NCBI GenBank assembly: GCA_025057315.1
Contig: JANWXW010000079.1
Location: 3,434-67,433 of the forward strand
Direction of reading: 5' to 3'
Origin: Myxococcota bacterium
GTDB lineage: Bacteria; Myxococcota_A; Polyangia; Palsa-1104; JAEUJZ01
DNA length: 64,000 nt
Shown piece by piece: positions 1 through 12,475 of this stretch. Positions within the stretch are counted from its first letter, which is position 1. Every line of letters starts with the position of its first letter. A program made the translations under genes and the position numbers. Below the pieces are notes generated by a model, which ran no database searches, had not been told where the DNA came from, and saw nothing but the letters and a program-made list of their open reading frames with translations.

Positions 1-1263
<1,263 letters not shown>

Positions 1264-1290
1264 GCGGCAGCAGGCCCACCTGCCCGCAGC

Positions 1291-1315
1291 GGCTTGTCTT
1301 GGACGCAGGCAAGCC
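1291..1315. terminator. Possible bidirectional hairpin between convergent cysS and sucB
   Basis: GGCTTGTCT-N7-AGGCAAGCC inverted repeat (one wobble/mismatch); no U-tract. Confidence 0.3.
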
Positions 1316-1343
1316 CGCCGTAAGATTGGCAACGGCAAGGGGC

Positions 1344-2543
1344 CTAGATTCCCAGCAGGAGCTTGTCCGGCTGTTCGAGGCGCTGCTTGATATGGACCAA
1401 GAACTGCACCGCCTCGCGCCCGTCCACGACGCGATGGTCGTACGACAGCGCCAGGTACATCATCGGCCGGATCTCGATGGCCTCCCCGACGGCCACGGGC
1501 CGCCGCATGATGGCATGCATGCCCAGGATGCCGGTCTGCGGCGGGTTGAGCAGCGGCGTTGACATCATCGAGCCGTAGATGCCGCCGTTGGTGATGGTGA
1601 AGGTCCCTCCGGCCAGGTCCTCCAGCGTCAGCTGGTTGTCGCGTGCCTTTTGCGCCAGCGCGGCAATGCCTCGCTCAATCTCGGCAAAGCTGAGCGCATC
1701 GGCGCCGCGGAGCACGGGAACCACCAGACCCTTGCCGCCACCGACGGCGATGCCAAGGTCATAGTACTTCTTGTAAACGATGTCGTGACCGCGCACCTCG
1801 GCGTTCAGCCCGGGAAAGGCACGCAGGGCATCGATGGTGGCCTTGACGAAGAAAGACATCAGGCCGAGCTTCACGCCGTGCCGTTGCTGGAATTCCTCCT
1901 GGTGGCGGCTGCGCAGCGCCTGAACGGCTGTCAGGTCGACCTCGTTAAAAGTAGTCAGGATGGCCGCGGATTGCTGGGCCTGCACCAGGCGCTCGGCGAT
2001 GCGCCGGCGCAACGGGGACATCGGGACGACTTCCTCTGGACCACGGGGCGGCGGCGCCGGCTGGAGACCCAGGGGGGCGGGGGTGGGGCGGAGCGGCTCC
2101 TTCCACGTGGCGGGATCCACACCCTGCTCGCGCAGCAGCCGCCGCATCGTTGGCGACAGATGGGGGGCCCCCGCCCTGGGCACTGCATCGATCGGCCCGC
2201 GGGACGCCTGCGGACGAACCGGCTCCTCAGCGGGGGGCTGCTGCTCAGCCCGGGCCGGGGGCGCCGAACTCTCCGGCTGGTTGCGGGGCGCTGGCGCTGC
2301 GGCCGCATCGGTGTCCAGTGTCCCAATGGACTCCCCAACGCGCACCGTGGCGCCAACGGGGTGGCGCTGCACCCTGAGCACCCCCGCCTGCGGCGCGGGC
2401 AGGTCGACCGTGATCTTGTCCGTCTCCAGCTGGGCCACCGGTTCGTCGGCCGCAACCGCCTCGCCGACCTGTTTCAGCCACTTGGCAATGACCGCTTCGG
2501 AGATGGACTCTCCCAGCGCGGGGACGAGAAGCTCGATGGACAT
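1344..2543 (-). CDS. sucB: 2-oxoglutarate dehydrogenase E2, dihydrolipoyllysine succinyltransferase
   Basis: Lipoyl domain (ETDKIT), E3-binding-like segment ([14 protein letters not shown]), catalytic SYDHRVVDG; directly downstream of sucA. Confidence 0.96.
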   Translation of the reverse strand: MSIELLVPALGESISEAVIAKWLKQVGEAVAADEPVAQLETDKITVDLPAPQAGVLRVQRHPVGATVRVGESIGTLDTDAAAAPAPRNQPESSAPPARAEQQPPAEEPVRPQASRGPIDAVPRAGAPHLSPTMRRLLREQGVDPATWKEPLRPTPAPLGLQPAPPPRGPEEVVPMSPLRRRIAERLVQAQQSAAILTTFNEVDLTAVQALRSRHQEEFQQRHGVKLGLMSFFVKATIDALRAFPGLNAEVRGHDIVYKKYYDLGIAVGGGKGLVVPVLRGADALSFAEIERGIAALAQKARDNQLTLEDLAGGTFTITNGGIYGSMMSTPLLNPPQTGILGMHAIMRRPVAVGEAIEIRPMMYLALSYDHRVVDGREAVQFLVHIKQRLEQPDKLLLGI

Positions 2544-2587
2544 GGCGGCTATCCTACCATCGGTAAGGGTCCAGGAGCGCCCGGTGC

Positions 2588-5395
2588 TCAGTGCACGCTC
2601 GCCAGCGGGGCCTCGCGCTCGGCAGACCGTGCCGCCCCGCCAGAGAAGGCCTCCTCCAGAAGCGCGCGCTGCTCCAGCAAGTGCGCCCGGGTGGAACCGG
2701 TCGCCGGGCTGGCACTTTCAGGGCGGCTGACCACGCGCAGCTTGAGCCGTCCGAGCAGAGGCAGCAGGCGCGGCAGGATAAACTCCCGCGCCCCCATGTT
2801 GGCGGGCTCCTCCTGCACCCAGCACAGCTCGATGGCAGCGGGATAGAGGCGAAGGGCCGCCTGCAGCTCCTCGGTCCGCAGCGGGTAAAGCTGCTCCAGC
2901 CGCACCAGGGCGGTGTGAACGTCCCCGCGCCGGACACGCTCCTCCAGCAGGTCGTAGTAGACCTTGCCAGTGCATAGAAAGATCCGCTGCACCGCCTCGC
3001 GCTGCACCAGCGGGTCGGGCAGGACGGAATGGAAACGGCCCGCCGATAGCTCCTCCAGCGAGGAGGTAGCCTCTGGATGGCGCAGCAGGCTCTTGGGCGA
3101 CAGCACAATGAGGGGCTTGCGCCAGGGGCGTAGCACCTGGCGCCGCAACAGGTGAAAGTACTGCGCCGGCGTCGTCGGGAACACGACCTGCATGTTGTCC
3201 TCAGCACACAACTGCAGGAACCGCTCGAAACGGGCGCTGGAGTGCTCCGGCCCCTGCCCCTCGTAGCCATGGGGCAACAGCAGCACCAGCCCCGACAGGC
3301 GTGCCCACTTGTCCTCGGCCGAGCTGACGAACTGGTCCAGGATGACCTGCGCCCCATTGGCAAAGTCGCCAAATTGCGCCTCCCACATGACCAGTCCGTC
3401 TGGATAGTCCAGGCTGTAGCCGTACTCGAAGCCGAGCACCGCGGCCTCTGACAGCATGCTGTCATAGATGCGGAACTCGCCCTGCTGCCCGGGCTCTGCC
3501 ACATGGGCCAGGGGCACGTACTCGGCACCGGTCCGGATATCGATGAGCACGGCATGGCGATGGCTGAAGGTGCCGCGTCGCGTATCCTGTCCGCTGAAAC
3601 GCACCAGCCGCCCCTCCCGCAGCAGGGTCCCAAAGGCCAGCGCCTCGGCCATGCCCCAGTCCAGCGGTAGCTCGCCGTGGCCCATGGCTCGCCGCTGCTG
3701 CAACAGGCGGGCGATCTTGGGATGCGGCGAGAAGTCGGGCGGCAGGGTGGTGATCTTGTCAGCGATATCTTGAAGGATGTCCCGCGGGACGGCCGTGTCC
3801 ACCTCGGGTGTGGCCCGGTCGGGGCCGCCACGGTACCCGCGCCAGTAGCCGCAACCGGAGGGGATGGCCGGGCGTTCGTTCTGCACCCGCGCCTCCGCCA
3901 GCTCGCGTTCCAGGTACTGGGTGTAGCGCGCCACCAGGGCGTCCACCTCGGCCTGCGTGATCCGACGGCGCTCGATGAGGCTGCGGGCATAGGTCTGGGC
4001 CACGGGTGGATGGCGTGCGATCCGCTGGTAGAGCAGCGGCTGGGTGAAGCTCGGCTCATCGCTTTCGTTGTGCCCGTAGCGACGGAAGCAGAACATATCT
4101 ATGACCACGTCACAGCGGAACTGCCGCCGGTACTCCATGGCCAGCTCGACCACGTGGGCCACCGCCTCGGGATCGTCTCCATTGACGTGGAAGATCGGCA
4201 CCTGGATCATCCGCGCCACGTCGGTGCAATAGGGGGTCGAGCGGGAAGCGTGGGGGCTGGTGGTAAAGCCGATCTGGTTGTTGACAATGATGTGCAGCGT
4301 CCCGCCCGTGCGGTAGCCATGCAGGTTGGACAGGTTCAGCGTCTCGGCCACCAGCCCCTGCCCGGCAAAGGCCGCATCGCCGTGGATGAGCACGCCCAGC
4401 ACGCGCTCGTGCCGGGTGTCTTGCCGCCGCCGCTGCTTGGCGCGGACCCTGCCCAGGACCACGGGGTCCACCGCCTCTAGGTGGCTGGGGTTGAAAGCCA
4501 GCGACAGGTGGATGCGATGGCCCGCAGCCGTTTCGTAGTCGCTCGAGTAGCCCATGTGGTACTTGACGTCGCCGCCGCCCATGACGCTCTCCGGCGCGAT
4601 GTCCTCAAACTCGGCAAAGATCAGGCTCGGGCTCTTGCCCACGATGTTGGCCAGCACGTTGAGCCGCCCACGGTGGGCCATGCCCAGCACCACCTCCTGA
4701 ATGCCGTGCAGGCCAGCCTGCTCTAGGGCCACATCAAGCAATGCGATGAGCGTCTCGCCACCCTCCAGCGAGAAGCGCTTGGTGCCGACATACTTGAGGT
4801 GGACAAACCGCTCGAAGGTCTCGGCCGCCACCAGCCGCTCGAGGATGCGCCGCTGCGCCGCCTCATCGCGACGGAAGCGGTTGTCCATGGTCTCCAGACG
4901 CTCGGCCAGCCAGGTCCGTCGCACCGGGTCAGAGATGTACATGTACTCCACGCCGATGGTGTCGCAGTAGATGCGGCGCAGGCGCCCCAGCAGGTCGCGC
5001 AGCCGGATGCCCTCGGGCGGAACGCCAAAGAGGCCACCGCCTGGGACCACCTCGTCCATGTGCTCCTCGCCCAAACCGTAGGTGGCCGGGGCCAGGTCCG
5101 GATGCTTCTCGCGGATCAGGGTGCCCAGCGGATCCAGATTGGCCTCCAGGTGGCCCCGTACCCGGTAGGCGTGCACCAGCGCATGCACCCGCGCCAGCAG
5201 CATCGGATCGGGACCGGGCTCTCGCTCAGCGGCGCGCCAGGAGATCGGACGGCCCTCGAACAGCTCCCGCCATCCGGCGGGCAGCGCCTCCGGACGCTCC
5301 CGGTAGCGGGCGTACAGCTCATCCACGAGGCCGAGGTGGGCGCCAAGGGTGCCTACGAGCCATGGTTGCAGGGAATCGGTGCGGTCGTTGTACAT
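2588..5395 (-). CDS. sucA: 2-oxoglutarate dehydrogenase E1
   Basis: [40 protein letters not shown] (ThDP motif), [23 protein letters not shown]; start set at ATG 5395 (MYND), ORF track extends to 5464. Confidence 0.96.
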   Translation of the reverse strand: MYNDRTDSLQPWLVGTLGAHLGLVDELYARYRERPEALPAGWRELFEGRPISWRAAEREPGPDPMLLARVHALVHAYRVRGHLEANLDPLGTLIREKHPDLAPATYGLGEEHMDEVVPGGGLFGVPPEGIRLRDLLGRLRRIYCDTIGVEYMYISDPVRRTWLAERLETMDNRFRRDEAAQRRILERLVAAETFERFVHLKYVGTKRFSLEGGETLIALLDVALEQAGLHGIQEVVLGMAHRGRLNVLANIVGKSPSLIFAEFEDIAPESVMGGGDVKYHMGYSSDYETAAGHRIHLSLAFNPSHLEAVDPVVLGRVRAKQRRRQDTRHERVLGVLIHGDAAFAGQGLVAETLNLSNLHGYRTGGTLHIIVNNQIGFTTSPHASRSTPYCTDVARMIQVPIFHVNGDDPEAVAHVVELAMEYRRQFRCDVVIDMFCFRRYGHNESDEPSFTQPLLYQRIARHPPVAQTYARSLIERRRITQAEVDALVARYTQYLERELAEARVQNERPAIPSGCGYWRGYRGGPDRATPEVDTAVPRDILQDIADKITTLPPDFSPHPKIARLLQQRRAMGHGELPLDWGMAEALAFGTLLREGRLVRFSGQDTRRGTFSHRHAVLIDIRTGAEYVPLAHVAEPGQQGEFRIYDSMLSEAAVLGFEYGYSLDYPDGLVMWEAQFGDFANGAQVILDQFVSSAEDKWARLSGLVLLLPHGYEGQGPEHSSARFERFLQLCAEDNMQVVFPTTPAQYFHLLRRQVLRPWRKPLIVLSPKSLLRHPEATSSLEELSAGRFHSVLPDPLVQREAVQRIFLCTGKVYYDLLEERVRRGDVHTALVRLEQLYPLRTEELQAALRLYPAAIELCWVQEEPANMGAREFILPRLLPLLGRLKLRVVSRPESASPATGSTRAHLLEQRALLEEAFSGGAARSAEREAPLASVH

Positions 5396-5578
5396 TGTCA
5401 AGCTACACTCTCTGTCTGGCCCAGCATAGCGGCAGCGGCTGCCTCCGGCCAGTCTCGGTGCCACGGCCAGACGGATCTCGACGATGGCGATCGCGGCGGA
5501 GCGGAAGCCTTGCCAGCGGGGGCTCCTGGGGGTGCATTGGGTCGAGGCGACCTTGGGGGCAAGCGGGCACCGGGGGGG

Positions 5579-8116
5579 CTAGGGCACGACCCGGGCCACG
5601 GCGCTCAGCGGAAGCCAGCCGGTCTGACCATTCCAGAGGGTGACCCGGACCCACGCTCCGCGCACCTCGCGCACGACCAGCTCGGTGCCCGCGGGGAGCG
5701 GCCGGCCCAGGGCCGGGGGCGCACCGATGCTGTCGGCCGAACGCAAGGTCACGCCTGGGAGCACCACCACCCCCTGCTGGCTCTCATCGGGCGACAGCAC
5801 CACCGAGACCAGGACGGCAACCCACAACAGGGCCCCAAAGAGCGCGCCGACCCGGAGCCCGCGCCGCCAGGCCGTGCGGCCCGTGGACCACGGAGCCGCC
5901 AGCAGCACCGCGACGGCAAACAGGGCCGCGCCGAGCAGGTGCTGCCACGGCCGGGACAGTTGCCCCTGCCAGAAAAACAGGGTGTCTAGGGCTCCGCTGG
6001 CAGGCGGCCGCGGCAGCCAATCGGGGAGCTGGGCACGCAAGGCGGCAAGGTTGCGACGGGCGCGCTCGGCCCTGGGGTCCAGATGCAGCGCCCGGCGGTA
6101 GGCCAGTACGGCCAGGCCCGGCTCCTGGGCCGATAGCGCGGCGTTGCCCCAGTCGGACAGCAGCGCCGGGCGGTCGGGCAATGCCGTGCACAGCTCACGG
6201 TACAGCGCCTCGGCACGCGCGAAGCCAGCCCGGCGCAAATCGCGGTCCGGCTGCGCCAGAGCCGCCTGGTAGGCCTGGCGCGCAGCCTGCAGCCGCGCCT
6301 CCAGGTCCTCCGCAGCAGCCAGCGGCCGCGGGATGCCCAGGAGCAGAAGCAAGAGCCCGCCCGAGATGAGCCGCGCGACTCGGCGGGCCTCCTCGACCAG
6401 GTCTCTGGGCAACGGCTGGCTTCGTGCCTCTGGCCCATAGGCCTCGGTCTCCAGCCGGGTAAGCAGCGCCTCCGCAGCGGTTGTCTCGCATGCAGTCCGA
6501 CGGCAAAGCGTGCGCAGCGCTCCGGCCAGGCGTGGCGCCATGTCCCGCGCCGGCGTGTGCGCTGCGTCGGTGAGTTCACGCTCCAGGGCCGCCAGCGCCC
6601 GGCGCATCTCAGCAGCTGCCTGGCGCCGGGCACGCCTGCGCTGTCGGAGCCCCTGGACCAGCAGCAGCGCGGGCGGCACCACGTAGAGGGCGACGATAGA
6701 GGGCAGTAGGTCGCGCAGCGAGCGCGCCGGCACCAGCGTCTCCCCAGGAGCGCTGAGCGCCAGGTCAACGCCGGCCAGCCACAGCCCCGTCTCCTCCGTC
6801 CTCCCAGACTTGCTGGTCGCAGCCTCCGGTGCGGGCGTGTCCGGCGGCCGGCCGATGACCGCCGAGGCACCGACCACGGCACTGCCCTCGACCGACAGCG
6901 CGATGGGCTGGCTGTGGACGGTGCGATAGGTCCCCTGCTCCGGGTCAAAATAGCTGAAGGCCAGCGGCGGAATCTGCCGGACCTCGCCGCTGCGCAGGCG
7001 CACCGGGACGCGAAACAGCCGTCCGATGCCGTCAGGCGGCGGCTCGCCGGAGGGAGGTTCCGCCGGGGCAGCAAACTGCTCCGGCGCCAGGCCCATGGCG
7101 GGCAGCGGCGGCAGGATCAGCCCGGCCAGCCGTCCCTTGCCCCGGATGAGGATCCGCAGCTCGATGGGCTCCCCTATGCGCACCACCGTCCGCCCCGCCT
7201 GGACATCGATGGAAAAGGCCGAGCCCACGGCGTTGCGAAAGCTCCCCGGCCGGCCGGACAGCGGGGGCGCGCGGACCTCCAGCGACACCTCCTTGCCCAC
7301 GGCCTGGTACAGCTTCGTGACCGGCACAGCAAAGCCAAACACGTCGCGACCCGTGCCGGCGGCCAGCTCGGCCATCACGCGCGGAGGCGCCGCCTGGAGC
7401 GTCCCCGGCTTCACCGGCGTGATGCGCACGTGGAAGCGGTACCGGGTGCAGGGTACGCTCTCCCCTTCCGGGATGGCAGTGTCGCGCGTATAGGGCAGCT
7501 CCAGCGTGCGGGAGCCGGCGTGAAAGCCGCCCAGCTTCGGTCCCTCCATGGGGGCCGGCTCCACCTCCACCCGGTCCTCCAGGTCAAACAGCGGCACGAC
7601 GAAGGTATGGTTGCTCACGTCGCGGCGCAGGTACCAGTCGAGCTGTGCCTCGATTGTCTCGCCGACCCAGACGGGTCGCTCGGGCAGGGTGAGGCGAATC
7701 TGCATGTCCCGCGTGGTCTCCATCTCACGTACCAGCAGCGACGCAGCACGGCTCTGCGCCCGGGCCTTGCCCTGCTCTGCGGTCAGGGGCGGCACGGTGT
7801 ACTGCCCGGCCCGTGGGGCCTCGATGCGGAAACGGTAAACGAAGGTCACGTTGCGCGTCTCACTGCGCTGACCGCCGATGATTTGCACCATCGTGGAGAC
7901 GCTGGGCGAGACGCCCAGGGGGGTCACCTTGCACCCCGGGATGCGCAGCTCGCTCAAAACGGGTTGCGGCTCCTCGTCGAAGCCCGTCGCAATGACCGAC
8001 AGCACAAAGGGCAGGTTGGCGTACAGCTCCTCGCTCTCCACCTGCAGCTGGAGCTGCTGGGCGCGGACGGACAGCGAGGCCAGGAACACCCAAGCAAAGA
8101 CGACCAGCTGGCGCAT
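5579..8116 (-). CDS. batD: BatD-family protein fused to a BatE-like TPR + SH3-like C-terminal part
   Basis: Signal peptide, Ig-like BatD repeats (AVGSAFSI, IPPLAFSYFDP), TM, then TPR (GNAAL...YRRALHLDP...ARRNL), TMs and SH3-like end (GAWVRV...GQTGWL); last gene of the MoxR/Bat operon. Confidence 0.8.
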   Translation of the reverse strand: MRQLVVFAWVFLASLSVRAQQLQLQVESEELYANLPFVLSVIATGFDEEPQPVLSELRIPGCKVTPLGVSPSVSTMVQIIGGQRSETRNVTFVYRFRIEAPRAGQYTVPPLTAEQGKARAQSRAASLLVREMETTRDMQIRLTLPERPVWVGETIEAQLDWYLRRDVSNHTFVVPLFDLEDRVEVEPAPMEGPKLGGFHAGSRTLELPYTRDTAIPEGESVPCTRYRFHVRITPVKPGTLQAAPPRVMAELAAGTGRDVFGFAVPVTKLYQAVGKEVSLEVRAPPLSGRPGSFRNAVGSAFSIDVQAGRTVVRIGEPIELRILIRGKGRLAGLILPPLPAMGLAPEQFAAPAEPPSGEPPPDGIGRLFRVPVRLRSGEVRQIPPLAFSYFDPEQGTYRTVHSQPIALSVEGSAVVGASAVIGRPPDTPAPEAATSKSGRTEETGLWLAGVDLALSAPGETLVPARSLRDLLPSIVALYVVPPALLLVQGLRQRRRARRQAAAEMRRALAALERELTDAAHTPARDMAPRLAGALRTLCRRTACETTAAEALLTRLETEAYGPEARSQPLPRDLVEEARRVARLISGGLLLLLLGIPRPLAAAEDLEARLQAARQAYQAALAQPDRDLRRAGFARAEALYRELCTALPDRPALLSDWGNAALSAQEPGLAVLAYRRALHLDPRAERARRNLAALRAQLPDWLPRPPASGALDTLFFWQGQLSRPWQHLLGAALFAVAVLLAAPWSTGRTAWRRGLRVGALFGALLWVAVLVSVVLSPDESQQGVVVLPGVTLRSADSIGAPPALGRPLPAGTELVVREVRGAWVRVTLWNGQTGWLPLSAVARVVP

Positions 8117-8117
8117 G

Positions 8118-11100
8118 CTACCAGTCCTTGTCCACCGGCTCGGGCTGCGTCTGCCGCCGGTCTTGACGACGACGCTGCTCGGCCTCGCGCTCGCGGATTG
8201 CCTGCAGTCGCCGCGCGGCCTGCTCCTGAGATACCTGCTGGTCCTGCGAGTCCGGCTCCTGCGGGCGCTTGGGCGGCGGCTCCAGCAGGCGCAACGCCTC
8301 CTCCAGGTGGTGGAGCGCCTGCCTCTGCTTCCCCAAGACCGGCTCGAGGTCAGGCGACAGGCTAGCCTGGCTGTCTTCCCTCAGCATGCGGGCCGCGGCC
8401 TCCATGGCCTCCTGTCCCTGGCGCACCTGCTGGGCGGCCTCAGCTAGGCGCCCGGCCGCCTCCCGCTCGGTCTGCCCCTCTCGTGTCCCCTGCGCCTGGT
8501 CCGCCTGGGCAGCCAGCGCCTCTGCGATCGCCCGCGCCTTGTCCCCGTGGCCGGCCTGAGCCTGGGCCAGCGGACCGAGACGCTGCCTGCGGATGGCCTC
8601 GTCCCGCTCGGCCTGAGCTGAGCTGGTGCGGTCGGCCGTTTCGGTCTGGTCCCGGTGCAGCTCCTTGATGTGCTCGACAATCGAGAAGAAAAGCCGGCGC
8701 AGCTCGGCAAGCTCGCGCAGCGCCTCTTCTGCCGGTGGCAGCAGGCTCGGACCAGGTCGGGACAGCATCGGGCCCATGCGTGCCAGGGCGGCAGCAGCGC
8801 GCGCACGGTGCTGCTGGGCCTCCTGCAGCCGTGCCTGCTGGCCAGCCACGGCCTCCGGGTCGGTCTTCTGGCCCGAGGCTTGCCCACCGTCGCCGCCCTG
8901 ACCACCGGCAGCCAGCGCCGCTTGCTCCTCCTCCAGCAGGCGCTGCAGCCGGGCCAGGCGATCGACGTTGCGCCCATGTCCCTGGCGCACAAGCTCTAGG
9001 CGCTGCCGCGTGCTCAGCTGGCGCAGCTCGTCGGGCTGTGGCTGCTTTCGGTCAGGCGACAACAAACCCACCATGAGCTCCTGCTCCGCATGAGCCGCCT
9101 CGATAAGGTCGCGAAGGCCGGCAAAGCGCGACAGCGCCTGGGCTAGGGCAACCAGGGCGCGCTCCTGCTCCCGGTCCGCTGCTGGCAACCCTTCGGCCAA
9201 CAGCGCCGTGGCCGCTGCCTCCATCGCCTGGGCCGCCTCGCGTAGATGCGGCGTCGCCTCGCGGGCAGCCGCCAGCAGGCGTTCCAGACGCTGGTTCCGC
9301 CCCCCATCCTGCCCGGTCGCGGGCTGGGGAGGCGGTGTCTGGGCGGCATGCTCGACGCCGGCTGCAAGCCGCCCGTGCAGTTCCAGGGTGCGCGAGGCGA
9401 GCCCGCGCTGCTGCTGGGCAAGCGGGTCCGGCCGGAGCCAGGGCGGCACGGGTCCAGCGGCCGGCTTCTCCTCCGACTGGGCGGGCAGACGGAGGGCCTC
9501 TCGCCGCAGCTGCGCCAGCGCCTGGGTTTCCAGCCGCGCTTGGAGCTGATCGGCCACCAGGCCCTTGAGGACCGCCACCGGATCGATGAGCTGCTCCAGC
9601 GCCCGCTTCAGCTCCACGATCGCCTGGTCGACCCGCCCGTGACCCCGTTCGGGCTGAAGGCGGCGCAGCAAACGGCTCGCATCGGCCATCGTGTCACGGG
9701 CCAGCCCCAGGTAGTGCTCCAGGTTCTGCAACTGCACGAGCCGGCCGCGTTCCTCTTTACTCCGCTGGGCCTCGGGCCGGCGTTCGATGCCAGCCCGCTC
9801 GTCGCCGGCCAGATCCAGAAGGGCACCCACTTCGCTCATCAGGGTGCGCTGAAACGTCGCCTGGTCCTCCAGCTCACGCTGCAGCCCGAGCGGCTCCCCC
9901 CCTCCACCAGCCTGGGCCATGCGGGCGAGCACGCCGCGAAGACGGTCGCGCAGCGTACGCTGGTCCTGCAGGACCCGGCTCAGACGGGCCTCCAGACGGT
10001 TCTGTTCCCGGTTGAGCTGGTCGGCCAGGCGCTGAATGCGCCGCAGGACCACCTCCAGGTTGAAGCGGGCATCGCCGCGCCGTCCCGGCAGCGACGCGCT
10101 CTCTTCGGTCCGGATCGCATCGCGGAACCAGGCCGCGGCCTGGTGGAGCGCGGCCAGCGCCTCCTCGGGCTTGTCCTTCTGCAGGCTATCCGCCTTGCGG
10201 GCCTGGACCAGGCCCAGGTTGAAGGCTGCATGATGGCGCAGCACCTGGTCGCTGCCAGCGCGGTCGCGGGCAGATAGGAAGCCACGCTCGGCAGCGGCCA
10301 GGTCTCCGGACTGAAAAGATGCACGCGCCTGGTTGTAGGCGCGGCGGGGCGGGCCTAGCTCGTCTTGGTCGGCTTGGGCCCTGTCCGGCAGGCCCAGCAT
10401 CAGGGCCGCAACGATCACGAGGCTGCGAGCACCGGTGCCCACGTAGGCAGCACCCAGCAGCAGCCCCAGCGCCGCCAGGAGCAGCCACGGATAGTGTTCC
10501 CGCGGCACGGTGCGCACCGAGGCCGTGCGCGCCTCCTGGAGCAGGGGGCGAATGTGCGCCTTGACAATCGAGTCCAGGTCGAGCGCTGCTACGCCAGCCG
10601 GCACGTAGGCACCCCCGGTGCGCAGGGCGATCTCCCGCAGGGTCTTGCCGTCTAGGCGCGAGCGCACAAGCTGGCCATCTCGGTCGGTGAGGAAGCTGCG
10701 CGCCCCGGTCTGCGGGTCGGTAATCGTGATCTCGCTGCCCCGCTCATCGCCAAAACCAATGGCGACAATGGGCACGCCAGCTCGGCGGGCCTCGTCGGCG
10801 GCATCGAGCGGAAAGGAATCATGGTCCTCGCCATCGGTGACCAGCAGGATCAGCCGCGACCCGGGGCCCTTGCCAAAGGCCGACAGTGCCGTGCGGATGC
10901 CGTCTCCAATGCGGGTCCCCCCACGGACCACGCTGCGCGTGTTGACCCCCTCCAGCACCATGCGGAAAAAGCCATGGTCCGGGGTCAGGGGGCAGAGCAC
11001 CTGCGCCCGGCCGGCAAAGGCCGTCAGACCCACCCGCTGCCCCTGGAGACGGCCCACCAGGTCCGCCACCTCGGCCTTGGCCCGCTCCAGACGGCTGGGC

Positions 11101-11435
11101 GCCGCGTCCTCGGCCAGCATGCTGCGAGACACGTCCAGCACCACCATCACATCTGCGCTGACCTCGCCCGCGGCCATCGACTCCACCTCGCCCAGGCTCT
11201 GGGGACGCATCAGGGCCAGCACGATGCAGACCATGCCCAGCAGCAGCAGCCCCAGGCGCAGCCCGCGACGGGTCGGCGGCAACCGACGGGCCAGGCGGAC
11301 TTGCATGGGCGGACCGATGAAGCGGGCGAGCAGGTCCCGTTGGCCCAGTTCCAGCCAACCCAGCCATCCAATGAGCAGCACCACCCCCCAGATCAGGTGA
11401 ACAGCCTCGCGGTGGACAAAGGTCAAGCCGCTCAT
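8118..11435 (-). CDS. batB: BatB(vWA)-BatC(TPR) fusion with a very long alpha-helical insertion
   Basis: MIDAS DVSRS and LVTDGED, PSRLERAK, CPLT; TPR (AAFNLG, DARFNLE); BatC-type C-terminal tail ending KDW. Confidence 0.8.
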   Translation of the reverse strand: MSGLTFVHREAVHLIWGVVLLIGWLGWLELGQRDLLARFIGPPMQVRLARRLPPTRRGLRLGLLLLGMVCIVLALMRPQSLGEVESMAAGEVSADVMVVLDVSRSMLAEDAAPSRLERAKAEVADLVGRLQGQRVGLTAFAGRAQVLCPLTPDHGFFRMVLEGVNTRSVVRGGTRIGDGIRTALSAFGKGPGSRLILLVTDGEDHDSFPLDAADEARRAGVPIVAIGFGDERGSEITITDPQTGARSFLTDRDGQLVRSRLDGKTLREIALRTGGAYVPAGVAALDLDSIVKAHIRPLLQEARTASVRTVPREHYPWLLLAALGLLLGAAYVGTGARSLVIVAALMLGLPDRAQADQDELGPPRRAYNQARASFQSGDLAAAERGFLSARDRAGSDQVLRHHAAFNLGLVQARKADSLQKDKPEEALAALHQAAAWFRDAIRTEESASLPGRRGDARFNLEVVLRRIQRLADQLNREQNRLEARLSRVLQDQRTLRDRLRGVLARMAQAGGGGEPLGLQRELEDQATFQRTLMSEVGALLDLAGDERAGIERRPEAQRSKEERGRLVQLQNLEHYLGLARDTMADASRLLRRLQPERGHGRVDQAIVELKRALEQLIDPVAVLKGLVADQLQARLETQALAQLRREALRLPAQSEEKPAAGPVPPWLRPDPLAQQQRGLASRTLELHGRLAAGVEHAAQTPPPQPATGQDGGRNQRLERLLAAAREATPHLREAAQAMEAAATALLAEGLPAADREQERALVALAQALSRFAGLRDLIEAAHAEQELMVGLLSPDRKQPQPDELRQLSTRQRLELVRQGHGRNVDRLARLQRLLEEEQAALAAGGQGGDGGQASGQKTDPEAVAGQQARLQEAQQHRARAAAALARMGPMLSRPGPSLLPPAEEALRELAELRRLFFSIVEHIKELHRDQTETADRTSSAQAERDEAIRRQRLGPLAQAQAGHGDKARAIAEALAAQADQAQGTREGQTEREAAGRLAEAAQQVRQGQEAMEAAARMLREDSQASLSPDLEPVLGKQRQALHHLEEALRLLEPPPKRPQEPDSQDQQVSQEQAARRLQAIREREAEQRRRQDRRQTQPEPVDKDW

Positions 11436-12475
11436 GCCGGGACCCTCCGCAGCAGCGTGCCGGACAGGAGCAGAGACAGGGTGATAAGACCCAGGCCAGG
11501 CCCAGCTAGGTAGGGGTACAGCTCGGTATAGCGGGCGAAGCGCTGGTCGACGATCTCGCTGCGCTCCAGGGCGTCGATCTCCTGGTAGGCCCGGCGCAGC
11601 CCATCGGCATCGAGCGCACGGAAGTAGCGACCGCCCGTCCGCTCAGCGATGGCGGTAAGCGTCTTTTCGTCGATCTCGACTGGAACCCGCGCCAAAAAGG
11701 AGCGCCCCATGGCGTCCTCCACCCGGATGGGGGCCATGCCATTGGTGCCAGCGCCGACCGTGTAGACGCGAATGCCAAGGGCCTGCGCCAGCTCGGCGGC
11801 CTGCATCGGTGTGGTTTCGCCGCGGTTGTTGACCCCATCGGTGAGCAGGATGGCCACCCGGGAGCGAGCACGGGACTCACGCAGCCGCTCCAGTGCCAGA
11901 CCCAGCCCATCGCCCAGCGCGGTGCCGTCCTCCTCCGCCCGGGTCACGATGGAAAGGCCCTCGGCAGCACGGAGCACGTTGTCGTGATCCAGGGTCAGCG
12001 GACAGCGGGTATCGGCATAGGCGGCGAAGCTGACCAAACCAATCAGGTCGTCGGGCCGGCCACGCAGCCCCCGCCCCCCTGCGACAAAGTGGCGAAACAC
12101 CTCCATGGCCGCATCCAGACGGGTGCGCTCCCGCCCTGGCTCCGACAGGTCGAGCGCGCGCATGGAACCGGAAATGTCCACCACCATCATGATGGCAATG
12201 CCCTGCTTGCGCACCCGGGTGCTCCGGTCGGGTATGCGTGGCCCCGCAGAGGCCAGGCCCAAGCAGAGGCCGCCCAACGCCAGGAGCACAGCCGGCAGAC
12301 GCGCCAGACGGACCCGCCAGCCTCTGTGCGTCGCTGGCAGCAGGCGCAGCGAGGAGAACACGATGCGCCCGCCGCTGCGTCGCGCAAACAGATACAACGG
12401 CAGGGCCAGCAGCACCGACAGCAACAGCAGGGGCTGGCGCAGCTCAAGGCCGAGCAGAGTCAGCAGCCGGCTCAT
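11432..12475 (-). CDS. batA: BatA-family vWA domain membrane protein
   Basis: N-terminal TMs, MIDAS DISGS, RLDAA, DLIGLV, CPLTLD, GTALGDGL, LLTDG, C-terminal TM; ATGA overlap with the next gene. Confidence 0.88.
   Translation of the reverse strand: MSRLLTLLGLELRQPLLLLSVLLALPLYLFARRSGGRIVFSSLRLLPATHRGWRVRLARLPAVLLALGGLCLGLASAGPRIPDRSTRVRKQGIAIMMVVDISGSMRALDLSEPGRERTRLDAAMEVFRHFVAGGRGLRGRPDDLIGLVSFAAYADTRCPLTLDHDNVLRAAEGLSIVTRAEEDGTALGDGLGLALERLRESRARSRVAILLTDGVNNRGETTPMQAAELAQALGIRVYTVGAGTNGMAPIRVEDAMGRSFLARVPVEIDEKTLTAIAERTGGRYFRALDADGLRRAYQEIDALERSEIVDQRFARYTELYPYLAGPGLGLITLSLLLSGTLLRRVPA

Noticed and set aside
1344..5395. sucAB without lpdA
   Set aside because: A shared, unlinked E3 gene is common
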